Below are positions 10,290-19,181 of a stretch of DNA of 64,000 bases, in pieces (the first letter of the stretch is position 1; each line of letters starts with the position of its first letter). The notes beneath the pieces were generated by a model. It saw only the letters and a list, made by a program, of their open reading frames with translations. It ran no database searches and was not told the origin of the DNA. Origin of the DNA: an uncultured bacterium (lineage in GTDB: Bacteria; Krumholzibacteriota; Krumholzibacteriia; Krumholzibacteriales; Krumholzibacteriaceae); the NCBI GenBank assembly GCA_965371515.1, contig CBDUYR010000004.1, positions 1-64,000 of the forward strand, given 5' to 3'. Made by a program: the position numbers and the translations under genes.

Positions 10290-10382
10290 GCTGACGTGCC
10301 TTCCGGTCGAACAGGTTTTCGGGGAACGAGGGAAGAGAGGGAACGCACGGCGCGCACCCGTAGGGGGATCGTATATCGAACC

Positions 10383-10499
10383 ACCTTCTCCCATCCAGAC
10401 TGTAACTGTCGGCCCCGGAATCTCACCGGATCGGTGGGCCTTTCGGCCCATTCGCGGGCTTTCACCGCCGGTGGGGAATCTCACCCCGCCCCGAAGGTT
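10383..10499 (-). ncRNA. FMN riboswitch (RFN element)
   Basis: Minus strand CCTTCGGGGCGGGGTGAGATTCCCCACCGGCGGT...TCCGGTGAGATTCCGGGGCCGACAGTTACAGTCTGGATGGGAGAAGG matches the RFN consensus; lies upstream of ribD. Confidence 0.96.
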
Positions 10500-10512
10500 G
10501 TCATTTCGTATG

Positions 10513-10541
10513 AATCTACACGAACCGACGCCCTGTGTCAA
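10513..10541 (-). promoter_or_regulatory. Sigma70-type promoter of the rib operon
   Basis: TTGACA-17 nt-TAGATT immediately upstream of the riboswitch. Confidence 0.75.
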
Positions 10542-10571
10542 GCATCTGACCGGCAGCAGCTTGGCCTGCCG

Positions 10572-11450
10572 TCAGCCCCCGATGAGGGCCGCGATGAATT
10601 CGGAATGGTCGAACGGCTCGAGGTCGTCGGCGCTCTCCCCGACACCGACAAAGAGCACGGGGATTCCGAGCTTCTGCTGTATCGGGATGATGGCACCCCC
10701 CTTGGCCGTGCTGTCGAGCTTGGTGAGTATTATGCCCGTCACGGGCAGCCCTTCGGTGAACGCCTCTGCCTGCCGCAGGGAGTTCTGTCCCGAATTCGCG
10801 TCGAGGATGAGCCACGCCTCGAGGGCTATGCCTTCCATCCGGTCCCTGAGCACCCTGAATATCTTGCCCAGTTCCTCCATCAGGTTGACCTTCGTGTGCA
10901 GCCGTCCCGCCGTGTCGACGATCACGATGTCGACGCCCTTAGCCTTCGCCGACTGCACCGCGTCGAAGGCGACCGCCGCCGGGTCGGAGCCCATCTTCTG
11001 GCGCACGACGGGCACCCCTGCCCTTTCGCCCCACAGCTCGAGCTGGTCTATCGCGGCCGCGCGGAATGTATCGCCGGCGGCGAGTATCACGTTCTTTCCT
11101 TCGCCCTTGAATTTCGCGGCGAGTTTGCCTATCGTCGAGGTCTTGCCCACTCCGTTCACGCCGACGATCACGATCACCCTCGGGCTTCCATCAGGAACAG
11201 GGGGCGCGGGGATCTCATCGACTATCGAGAGAAGCTCATCGGCCACCGCCTGCATGTGGTCCCCCACTCCACGCGCACGGATACTCTCAATGATACGCTC
11301 GGTCGCCTCCACGCCGAGATCGGCCGAGTAGAGTATCGCCTCGGCCTCCTCGATCGCTTCCTCGTCGAGCTCGCCCGCCGAAAGCGCCTCGCGCAGGGGG
11401 CGCAGAAAGCGCTCCCTCGTCTTCCTCAATCCCTGGAAAATACTTTTCAT
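10572..11450 (-). CDS. ftsY: SRP receptor FtsY
   Basis: GVNGVGKTSTIGKLA, DTFRAAA, DTAGR, TKLDSTAKGG; start taken at MKSIFQGL. Confidence 0.96.
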   Translation of the reverse strand: MKSIFQGLRKTRERFLRPLREALSAGELDEEAIEEAEAILYSADLGVEATERIIESIRARGVGDHMQAVADELLSIVDEIPAPPVPDGSPRVIVIVGVNGVGKTSTIGKLAAKFKGEGKNVILAAGDTFRAAAIDQLELWGERAGVPVVRQKMGSDPAAVAFDAVQSAKAKGVDIVIVDTAGRLHTKVNLMEELGKIFRVLRDRMEGIALEAWLILDANSGQNSLRQAEAFTEGLPVTGIILTKLDSTAKGGAIIPIQQKLGIPVLFVGVGESADDLEPFDHSEFIAALIGG

Positions 11451-11469
11451 CGGTATTCGAACAGCTTTC

Positions 11470-12342
11470 TTACTTATCCCGCAACCGAGAGGGTAACAAC
11501 CGCCCGTCACGCCGGATCAGTTCGATGATGCTCGGTGGGGCGAACGAATCGTCCGGCGGATACAACTCGCCTGCCCAGGGATTGAGTTCCAGAGAGAGGT
11601 GCACGTCGCTGGAAAGGCTGTACAGGGTGCCGGCGATGTGATTTCCGGAAATGTTATTTTCGGGGTGTTCTTTCGTGGGCATCGGTCCCGTTCCCGATGC
11701 AACGTATATCTGAACGTCGATCGTCATTATATAAGGATACGGCAACGGCGCATCGACCGATGTCGATTGCACGCAGTAGTAATCCCACTGGTAAGCGCCG
11801 CCGCTGTTGAATTTGGACCTCATCTTCACAGCGTACCATTCGGCATCGGCGACCGCGTCCCAGCTGATATGGACCATGTTCGCCGGCTCGTCGGCGGAAG
11901 CCTCGACATTACGGGGCCTCGATCCCTCTATGTCAAGGATGTGCAGGCTCGCGCGATGGGCCTCGTTGCGGCAATAAAGCGCCAGCTCCGTAGTCTCACC
12001 AGGAAAATACCCTATATACACACCCGATGGACACAAGACGCCGCCGAGGCCCGCTATGATCTGCCGCCCGTCGTTGGCGACCGTATGGGCAAAGTCTCTT
12101 ATGCAGCAGTACCAAAAGTCTCCGTCCACTGACACCGAATCCACTCCGTCGCCGGTACCGATCACATTGTAGACCTCTATGTACGCCGTGAAGCGATTAC
12201 CGTCTGTTGCCAAGCTTCCGATTGCGTACAGCGCCGGTGAGGAATCATTTTCCGGGCAACTCGTACAATCGTCCTCTCCACAACTCGAGACGATCAATAC
12301 CAGGGCCGCCAGCACGGAAGTCAAAATTCCGCTTCGTTTCAT
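11470..12342 (-). CDS. Hypothetical lipoprotein
   Basis: Signal peptide with lipobox IVSS-C followed by CxxxxCxxCP; purine-rich SD upstream of ATG 12342. Confidence 0.7.
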   Translation of the reverse strand: MKRSGILTSVLAALVLIVSSCGEDDCTSCPENDSSPALYAIGSLATDGNRFTAYIEVYNVIGTGDGVDSVSVDGDFWYCCIRDFAHTVANDGRQIIAGLGGVLCPSGVYIGYFPGETTELALYCRNEAHRASLHILDIEGSRPRNVEASADEPANMVHISWDAVADAEWYAVKMRSKFNSGGAYQWDYYCVQSTSVDAPLPYPYIMTIDVQIYVASGTGPMPTKEHPENNISGNHIAGTLYSLSSDVHLSLELNPWAGELYPPDDSFAPPSIIELIRRDGRLLPSRLRDK

Positions 12343-12458
12343 TCGAAACTCCCCCTTCCAAAGTGAGTCTGTTGCCAACGACCGGATTCGATTCCAGGGG
12401 CGATGACGAAGGTATCAACATGAATCGGGACCTGCAGGTCTACAAACGGCCCGAAGAC

Positions 12459-15400
12459 CTAGTTGGACGATACCGGCGTGGCGAGGGTCTCCTTCTTCTT
12501 CGGGGCTGCGGGCTGCCGCCTGGCAAGCAGATCCTCGATCTCGGTCAGGTCGACCGACACGATCCTGGAGATGCCTTTCTCCTCCATAGTCACTCCGAAG
12601 AGCTGGTCGGCAGCCGCCATCGTGCGCTTGTTGTGCGTGATTATGATGAACTGCGTATTCTCGGAGAACTTCTTGAGCATCCTCACGAATCTGTGGATGT
12701 TCGCGTCGTCTAGCGGAGCGTCGACCTCGTCGAAGATGCAGAAGGGGCTGGGCTTGGCCTTGTAGAGTGCGAACAGCAGAGCGAGTGCCGTCAGCGCACG
12801 CTCACCGCCCGAAAGCAGCGAAATGTCCTGGATCCGCTTACCTTTGGGCCTTGCCTTGATGATGATGTCCGCCTCTAGAGGATCGCTTCCCTCGCCGAGA
12901 TGGAGGTCCGCCTCACCACCCTCGAACAGTACCTCGAATATCTCCGAGAAGTATTTCTTCACCGCGGTAAAGGTCTCTATAAACATCTTTCTCGCGCGTC
13001 TGTTTATCTTCCTTATCGCCTCGTCGAGCTCTTCCCTTGCCTTTATCAGGTCATCCCTCTGAGAGGTGAGGAACTCGAATCGCTGATTCTTCTCGTCGTA
13101 TTCCTCGACGGCTGCGAGGTTGACGGGGCCGAGACTCTCGAGTTTGCGCTTCTCCCCCTCGAGCATCTCCTTCGTGATCAGACTCTCTTCTTCCGTCAGA
13201 GGGATCTCCAATCCCTCGAGATAGCAGCCGAGATCCTCTTCGTATAGCTCCATCCCGCGATCGACAAGGTCTTTCATGTGAGTCTCGGTCGACGACAGGT
13301 TCACACGCAGGTCGTTGATCTTCTCGAAGATCGCCTCGCGCTCGGTCTTGCGCTCCTTCAGCTCGCCCTCGATCCCGCCGATCAATTCGCGCTTTTCCTC
13401 GAGCACGTCGTGCATCCGGCCGATCTCCTCCTCGTGTGAAGTCTCCTCATCGAGGAACGTCTTGACCACGGCCCTCTCTTCCTCGATCGATCGCTCGAGC
13501 CGTGCCGTCTCCTCCTTCGCCGAGCTGGTCTCGACGCTTCTCTGCTCGATAATCGCCCGGAACTGCTTCTCCATCTCACCGAGCCCGCGTAATTCCTCGT
13601 TCTGCCTGTCGACCGTTCCCTGAAGCGATGCGAGCCTGACCTTTCCCGAGGTAAGCCCGGCATCGAGATCCTCCCTGTTCTTCCTCAGGACGGAGAGTTC
13701 CGATTCGAGCCGCTCGGAATCGGAGATGTCTCCCGAGCCCTGCTGCATCACAAGGGCGAGCCTGGCCTCCTCGAGCTTCGAGAGTGTCTCGACGCGGCCG
13801 TTCTCCAGCTCGTCGAGGGACTTCATCATCATCGAGGTCTTCTCTTTCCCCATGATGTACTCGCGCTCGACCTCCTGGAAGGCCTCGCGCCTCCGTCCGA
13901 GCTCCTCGCGGGCGCGGATGGAAAGCCGTGCGATCTCCTCGATCCTCTCCCTGATAGATTCCTTCTCGTGCCGCAGCGATCCGCCTTCCTTCTCGAGGCC
14001 TGCGATCTTTTTCTCAAGAGAATGGATCTCTCCGGCGAGCCTCTCGATCTCCCCCGTCCTGCCGAATATCGACACCTCTTCGCCGGGAGAACCGGAAAAA
14101 TAGATTCCCCTGCCCCTCGAATAGTAGATCCCCGACAGCGAAACAGCGCCCGCTGTTCCTCCACTGTCGGAGGTAATAAAGTCGAGCGCGTTCTCTATCG
14201 TGTCGAAGAGGTAGATCCCGGCGAGAAGCTGGTCGACAGCCCTCCTCGCCTCGGCAGGCGTGTCGACAAACGACGCCAAGGCGCCGAGCATACCGGCTGC
14301 CTTCGGCGCAGGTTCGCCGGAGGCTTTCCAGACCGGATCGTCGGCAAGGAATCTCGCTCCGCCGAACTTTCCTTCGGAGAGCTCTCGCGCGAGATCGACG
14401 GCACCTGTGATGCTGTCGATCACGACTCCGTCCATCAGTCCGCCGAGGACCGCCTCGAGCCCCCTGCGGTATTCCTTTTTCGTCTCTATCATATCCGCGA
14501 GAGGCCCCCTCACGCGCGAGTCGCTCTTCTTGAGAACGTGCCTCGCGCCTCCGGGGAATCCCTCGAAGTCTTCCTTCATCCTCGTGAAGAGCTCGTGCCG
14601 GCTCTTCATAGCGGCGAGCGACGCCTTCTTCCCGGCAACGACCGACGCATTCGCGCCTACCTCACTCTCGACGACCTCGAGCCTCGCCGACCTCTCGACG
14701 CCCTCGTTCTCGAGCGACGAAAGCACCCGCTGCGCATCGCCGAGCGCCCCCTCCCGCGCGTCGCGTTCCCCGGAGAACTTCGCCGTCTCAGATTCGAGGG
14801 AAACGATCCGCTCGCGCATCTTCCCCGACCTGTCGTCGAGGTCGGCAAGTATCTGCTCGTAATGCTCAACCGTGCTTTTCACGCGCGCCTGGTCCTGGAT
14901 GAAATCGAGCTGGGTCTGCTTCAGGTCGATGAGCTCTCCCTGGATGCGCTCTATTTTCACCGAGACTTCCTCAAACAGACCGCCGAGTTTTTTGATCTCT
15001 TCCTGTTCCGAGGCGATCGATTCGCCGGTCACTGCCACCTCAGTCTTCACTCCTTCGATCCTTTCGGCGATCCGCTCGAGACGCGTTCCCGCCTCCTCGA
15101 TCTCGCGGCCTGCACGCTCGATAAGCCGCTCCGCCTCGCCCTTGCGCTCGCTGAACTGGATGATCTTCTCTTCAGCTCCCTGGATCTTTCTTCTGACCTC
15201 GTAACGTCTGTTCTGCAGGTCGGTGTTTTTCTTCTCCAGCTCGACGAGAAGCAGTTTCTCCTCCTCGACCTTCCTCTCGCGCTCCTCGAGCGATACGTCG
15301 TCGCGCTCGGTCAGCTCCCGGCTTCCCGCCAGCGTCTTTTCGGCTTCCCGTTTTTTCCCGAGCAGTTCCGAGAGATTCCTTCGCAGGTACACAAGACCAT

Positions 15401-16073
15401 AGGAGCGGATCCTCTCGCTGATCGTACGGTACCGCTTCGTCTTGCCTACCTGGTACTTCAGGGAGCGTACGTTCCTGCCGAGTTCCTCCAGGATGTCGTC
15501 GAGCCTCAGAAGGTCGTTCTCGGTGAGCTTGAGCTTTCTCTTCGCCTCCTCACGCCTCATCCTGTACTTCACAATACCGGCCGCTTCCTCGAACATATGC
15601 CTTCGTTCGCCGTGCGCGTCGTTGAGGACATACTCGACCATCTCCTGCTCGATTACCGAGTAGGAATGGCTGCCCGTCCCCGTATCGGCGAAGAGTTCCC
15701 TGATGTCCTTCAGCCTGCAGGGAGACTTGTTTATGAAATACTCGCTTATCCCCGACCTGTAGACCTTCCTCGTGATCGTGATCTCGGAATAGTCGATCGG
15801 GAAGGCACCCCTCTCGTTGCTCACCGTCATGTTGACGAGGGCAAAGCCGGTGGGTTTGTGGACCTCGGTGCCGTTGAAGATGACATTCTCCATCTTCGTG
15901 CTTCGAAGCTGTCTGGCGCTCTGTTCCCCGAGCACCCACCTGACGGCGTCGACTATATTGGTCTTCCCGCATCCGTTCGGGCCGAGGATGCATGTAATTC
16001 CTTCCCTCAGTTCAAGGGTGGCGGGATTCATGAACGATTTGAATCCAACAAGCTCCAGTCTGGAAAGACTCAC
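12459..16073 (-). CDS. smc: Chromosome segregation protein SMC
   Basis: GFKSF, GPNGCGKTN, long coiled coils with hinge, LSGGE, FDEVDAPLD. Confidence 0.97.
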   Translation of the reverse strand: MSLSRLELVGFKSFMNPATLELREGITCILGPNGCGKTNIVDAVRWVLGEQSARQLRSTKMENVIFNGTEVHKPTGFALVNMTVSNERGAFPIDYSEITITRKVYRSGISEYFINKSPCRLKDIRELFADTGTGSHSYSVIEQEMVEYVLNDAHGERRHMFEEAAGIVKYRMRREEAKRKLKLTENDLLRLDDILEELGRNVRSLKYQVGKTKRYRTISERIRSYGLVYLRRNLSELLGKKREAEKTLAGSRELTERDDVSLEERERKVEEEKLLLVELEKKNTDLQNRRYEVRRKIQGAEEKIIQFSERKGEAERLIERAGREIEEAGTRLERIAERIEGVKTEVAVTGESIASEQEEIKKLGGLFEEVSVKIERIQGELIDLKQTQLDFIQDQARVKSTVEHYEQILADLDDRSGKMRERIVSLESETAKFSGERDAREGALGDAQRVLSSLENEGVERSARLEVVESEVGANASVVAGKKASLAAMKSRHELFTRMKEDFEGFPGGARHVLKKSDSRVRGPLADMIETKKEYRRGLEAVLGGLMDGVVIDSITGAVDLARELSEGKFGGARFLADDPVWKASGEPAPKAAGMLGALASFVDTPAEARRAVDQLLAGIYLFDTIENALDFITSDSGGTAGAVSLSGIYYSRGRGIYFSGSPGEEVSIFGRTGEIERLAGEIHSLEKKIAGLEKEGGSLRHEKESIRERIEEIARLSIRAREELGRRREAFQEVEREYIMGKEKTSMMMKSLDELENGRVETLSKLEEARLALVMQQGSGDISDSERLESELSVLRKNREDLDAGLTSGKVRLASLQGTVDRQNEELRGLGEMEKQFRAIIEQRSVETSSAKEETARLERSIEEERAVVKTFLDEETSHEEEIGRMHDVLEEKRELIGGIEGELKERKTEREAIFEKINDLRVNLSSTETHMKDLVDRGMELYEEDLGCYLEGLEIPLTEEESLITKEMLEGEKRKLESLGPVNLAAVEEYDEKNQRFEFLTSQRDDLIKAREELDEAIRKINRRARKMFIETFTAVKKYFSEIFEVLFEGGEADLHLGEGSDPLEADIIIKARPKGKRIQDISLLSGGERALTALALLFALYKAKPSPFCIFDEVDAPLDDANIHRFVRMLKKFSENTQFIIITHNKRTMAAADQLFGVTMEEKGISRIVSVDLTEIEDLLARRQPAAPKKKETLATPVSSN

Positions 16074-16104
16074 CTTACAGCACCTCCGCGCTTAATGGCG
16101 TACA

Positions 16105-17526
16105 TCAGTTGTTTGAATCCTTCAGGGTCACGACTTTCGCGTAACCTATCCTGGAAAGGTCGAGCAGCTGCAGTCTCGCAGCCACGGCCTCCTCCCGCGT
16201 CCTGTACTCTCCTACATGGACCCTGTACCACGTCTTGCCGCTCACCTCTGTCGCGATGACAACGGCGTAATAACCTTTTTTCTCCAGGTAGTCCGTTTCT
16301 TTTCCGGCTCTGCTTATCTCCCTGAACGACGCAACGTGGACGGCAAAATACGAGCCTTCCGGGGCCGGCGTAACGATCTCCGGTTCTGGGCTCGACAGAG
16401 CCGTACCGGTCCCGGCTTCACCGCCGGCCGGCGCATCGGTAATCGTCTTCTCTCCTGCGGGCTTTTCAACGGGTTCTTCAGTGAGCTTACCGGTCGTATC
16501 GACCTCATCCTGGCTGCGGTCTTTCATCTCCTTGACATCGAGCTGTTTCTGCACGAGCTCCGCCGTCTTGCTCTCGCCTTCCTTCTCGCTGATCGACTTG
16601 TGGATCATGAAGAACCAGACGAGAAAGACCACGACAACGACTATGACGCCCGCCGTGACGAAGTGCGGCAGGGTCATCCCCCCACCCCTGCGCTTCCCGT
16701 CGCTCTCGAGTTCGGCCGTCTTCTCGATCGCTGCCGCTTCATACTGACTTCCCCGCCCGTCTTCTTCGCTCTCATCGGCCCCTTCTCCAGAGAGAACATC
16801 TCCATCCTCTCCGAAGCAGACCATGTCTACCGGCGCGAGATCGGACCCGAGATCTTCGAGGTTTTTCTGGAGCTGACCTTCCGGCATCTCCTCGAGCCTG
16901 CATGCGAGAAAGATGGAGTCTGCCAGCGAAGCGAGCGGATTGACCGTCCCATCGTCCGTATAGAGGGTCGAGCAGTATATGACCACATCGTGGCTGCGGC
17001 TGAGAAAATTCCTCATCTTGGTGAATTCCTTCTTCGCGAAGGGAATCGTGCGCGAAACAGGAAATGAGCCGGGCCCTACGACGATCACGCCGTCGATGCC
17101 TGTCGACCGAGCGACGGTCTTCAGCGAACTCCCGTAGAGGAGCAGGTCCAGAAAACCGTGATCCTCGGTGTTCTCGACGAGACCGCTCAGCCCGGGAGAG
17201 AGGAAATCGCAGTCCACGATCAGCACGTCCTTTCCGTGCTTCGCGAGGATATGGGCTATCTGGAGTACCGAGAAATCCCTCGACAGCCTGTTCTCCCCTA
17301 CGGACATCGCAAGGATCGAGCGGCTCCCTTGCTCGGTGAGCCTCCCCTCGATCCTCGCTCCGAGCTCGATGAAGCGCTCCATCTCACGGGCCGATGAAAA
17401 ATCTCCCGACGACATGAACGCCCTTATGCTCTCCTCGCCGAGCAGTATCGAGAACCCGCCCTCGATGGGATTGCACTTTCGTCTTTCGGAGGGCATTTCG
17501 CGTTCTTCATCGCCCATGTGGATCAC
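16105..17526 (-). CDS. Bitopic protein: degenerate CpsD/CapB (MinD/ParA-fold) domain, TM helix, periplasmic SPOR domain
   Basis: LAKHGKDVLIVDCDF..PGL..GFLDLL resembles BY-kinase Walker A'; TM AGVIVVVVVFLVWFFMI; SPOR FAVHVASFR...WYRVHVGEY. Confidence 0.75.
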   Translation of the reverse strand: MIHMGDEEREMPSERRKCNPIEGGFSILLGEESIRAFMSSGDFSSAREMERFIELGARIEGRLTEQGSRSILAMSVGENRLSRDFSVLQIAHILAKHGKDVLIVDCDFLSPGLSGLVENTEDHGFLDLLLYGSSLKTVARSTGIDGVIVVGPGSFPVSRTIPFAKKEFTKMRNFLSRSHDVVIYCSTLYTDDGTVNPLASLADSIFLACRLEEMPEGQLQKNLEDLGSDLAPVDMVCFGEDGDVLSGEGADESEEDGRGSQYEAAAIEKTAELESDGKRRGGGMTLPHFVTAGVIVVVVVFLVWFFMIHKSISEKEGESKTAELVQKQLDVKEMKDRSQDEVDTTGKLTEEPVEKPAGEKTITDAPAGGEAGTGTALSSPEPEIVTPAPEGSYFAVHVASFREISRAGKETDYLEKKGYYAVVIATEVSGKTWYRVHVGEYRTREEAVAARLQLLDLSRIGYAKVVTLKDSNN

Positions 17527-18941
17527 TCCCTCTCTTTCACATTCCTCATCGCTGCAGCGAGGTTTTCGATAAGTATTTCTTCCTCATCGGCCGGGACCGT
17601 CCTTAGGTCCACGAATACCGAGTCGCCCCGGACCCTTGCCAGCACAGGCGGATCGAGCTTTCTGAGCTCTCGTTCCAGGTACTGGGGCCCGCCAGCTGTG
17701 AGATTAATCCGCAAAAGCGCCGTCCGCAAGGGATTAATGGGAAAGCTGCCCCCCCCGATCGACGTCTCTCCTTCGATTACCTCGATTCCGAACCCGTCGG
17801 GCACATCTTCTCTTAGTCTCTCCGCCGCGTCACGCGTGCGTGCAGCAAGCGCACCCTGGTCTTCCAATATCATCCTCAGTGCCGGGATGCGGTCGAACTC
17901 TCCGTTCCAGTAATGCACGAGGACCTGTTCGAGCCCGGCGAGCGTCATCTTGTCGATGCGAAGCGCCCTCGACATATGGTTATCCCGCATCCTCCCGACG
18001 AGATCCGTTTCGCCGAGGAGTATCCCCGCCTGCGGTCCGCCGAGCACCTTGTCGGCGCTGAATGAAACGATATCAACGCCTGTATCGAGCACCGGAAGGA
18101 TACTCTCCTCTCCCTCCAATCCCTCGCTCTCGACTGGATAGAGAATACCGCTCCCCTGATCATACATGACGGGGATATTTCTTTTCTTTCCAAGTTCTGC
18201 CAATGCGGCAACCGTTACCTCATCGGTATATCCGATTACTTTATAGTTGCTCGTATGCACCTTCAGGAGAAGTGTGGCCCCCTCGTCGATCGCCCTCTCG
18301 TAATCTCCGAGATGAGTCCTGTTTGTCGTCCCGACCTCGATGACCCTCCCGGCGGCGCGGGCCAGGATCTCGGGAAGCCTGAAGCTCCCTCCTATCTCGA
18401 CCAGTTCCCCGCGCGAGACGGCTACCGCGCCATCGCGGGCGAACGTATCGACTGCCAGCAGGACGGCGGCCGCGTTGTTGTTCACGACGAGGGCCTCTCC
18501 GCATCCCGTGATGGCGCGGAGCAGAGTTGTGACCCTCCTCGACCGGCTCGTCCTCGAGCCGCTTTCGATATCCATCTCGAGATCGGTGTAGCCGGAGGCG
18601 GCGATAAGTACCGCCGATACCGTCGCGGAGTCCAGCACCGCCCTGCCGAGATTGGTATGGAGGATAACGCCCGTTGCGTTGATCACGCGCCGCTGCCTGT
18701 CTGAGACCAGCGACTCGATCTCCCGCACGGCCGAACCGGCGATGCTCTCGAGAATCAGAGCAGCATCCTCTCCGTTTTCGATCTCGCCGCTGACGAGTCC
18801 TTCTCTGTACGATTCTATCCTGTTCCTGACGATACGGGTTATCCCGCGCTTCGACATCATGTTGATGCGCGGAGTGATCCTCTTGTCCTCGAGGACCCGC
18901 TCGACAGAGGGTAAGTTCCTCAGAAAGGCATTCCTGTCCAT
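17523..18941 (-). CDS. selA: L-seryl-tRNA(Sec) selenium transferase
   Basis: VINATGVILHTNLGRA, SRGELVEIGGSFR, EVGTTNRT, FSADKVLGGPQAG; start ATG 18941 (18986 also possible). Confidence 0.93.
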   Translation of the reverse strand: MDRNAFLRNLPSVERVLEDKRITPRINMMSKRGITRIVRNRIESYREGLVSGEIENGEDAALILESIAGSAVREIESLVSDRQRRVINATGVILHTNLGRAVLDSATVSAVLIAASGYTDLEMDIESGSRTSRSRRVTTLLRAITGCGEALVVNNNAAAVLLAVDTFARDGAVAVSRGELVEIGGSFRLPEILARAAGRVIEVGTTNRTHLGDYERAIDEGATLLLKVHTSNYKVIGYTDEVTVAALAELGKKRNIPVMYDQGSGILYPVESEGLEGEESILPVLDTGVDIVSFSADKVLGGPQAGILLGETDLVGRMRDNHMSRALRIDKMTLAGLEQVLVHYWNGEFDRIPALRMILEDQGALAARTRDAAERLREDVPDGFGIEVIEGETSIGGGSFPINPLRTALLRINLTAGGPQYLERELRKLDPPVLARVRGDSVFVDLRTVPADEEEILIENLAAAMRNVKERE

Positions 18942-19181
18942 TCCACCCCTGCCCGTTCTCCTGTTAAACCTGTCATTTTCTACCATATGTTGTGGTGCCC
19001 GTCAACTGTTTTAACAATATATTGTAAGCGGGTTTGTCGGTTTTCTTTGCTCCCCTCTGTCAGGTCCATATAAATTCAGCTTCGCGATCCGGTGAAACGA
19101 TACCGAATTTGCCACTTGATGCCCGGGAGTCTATCTGATACACAGCAGATGTAATGAGTTACAGAGCCCGGGGAGGAACCG

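Noticed and set aside
10290..10541. N-terminal extension of ribD in the ORF track
   Set aside because: Overlaps the promoter and FMN riboswitch; similar over-extended starts were trimmed for nusB, PPIase, rpsF, spoVG, ispE, thpR and porA
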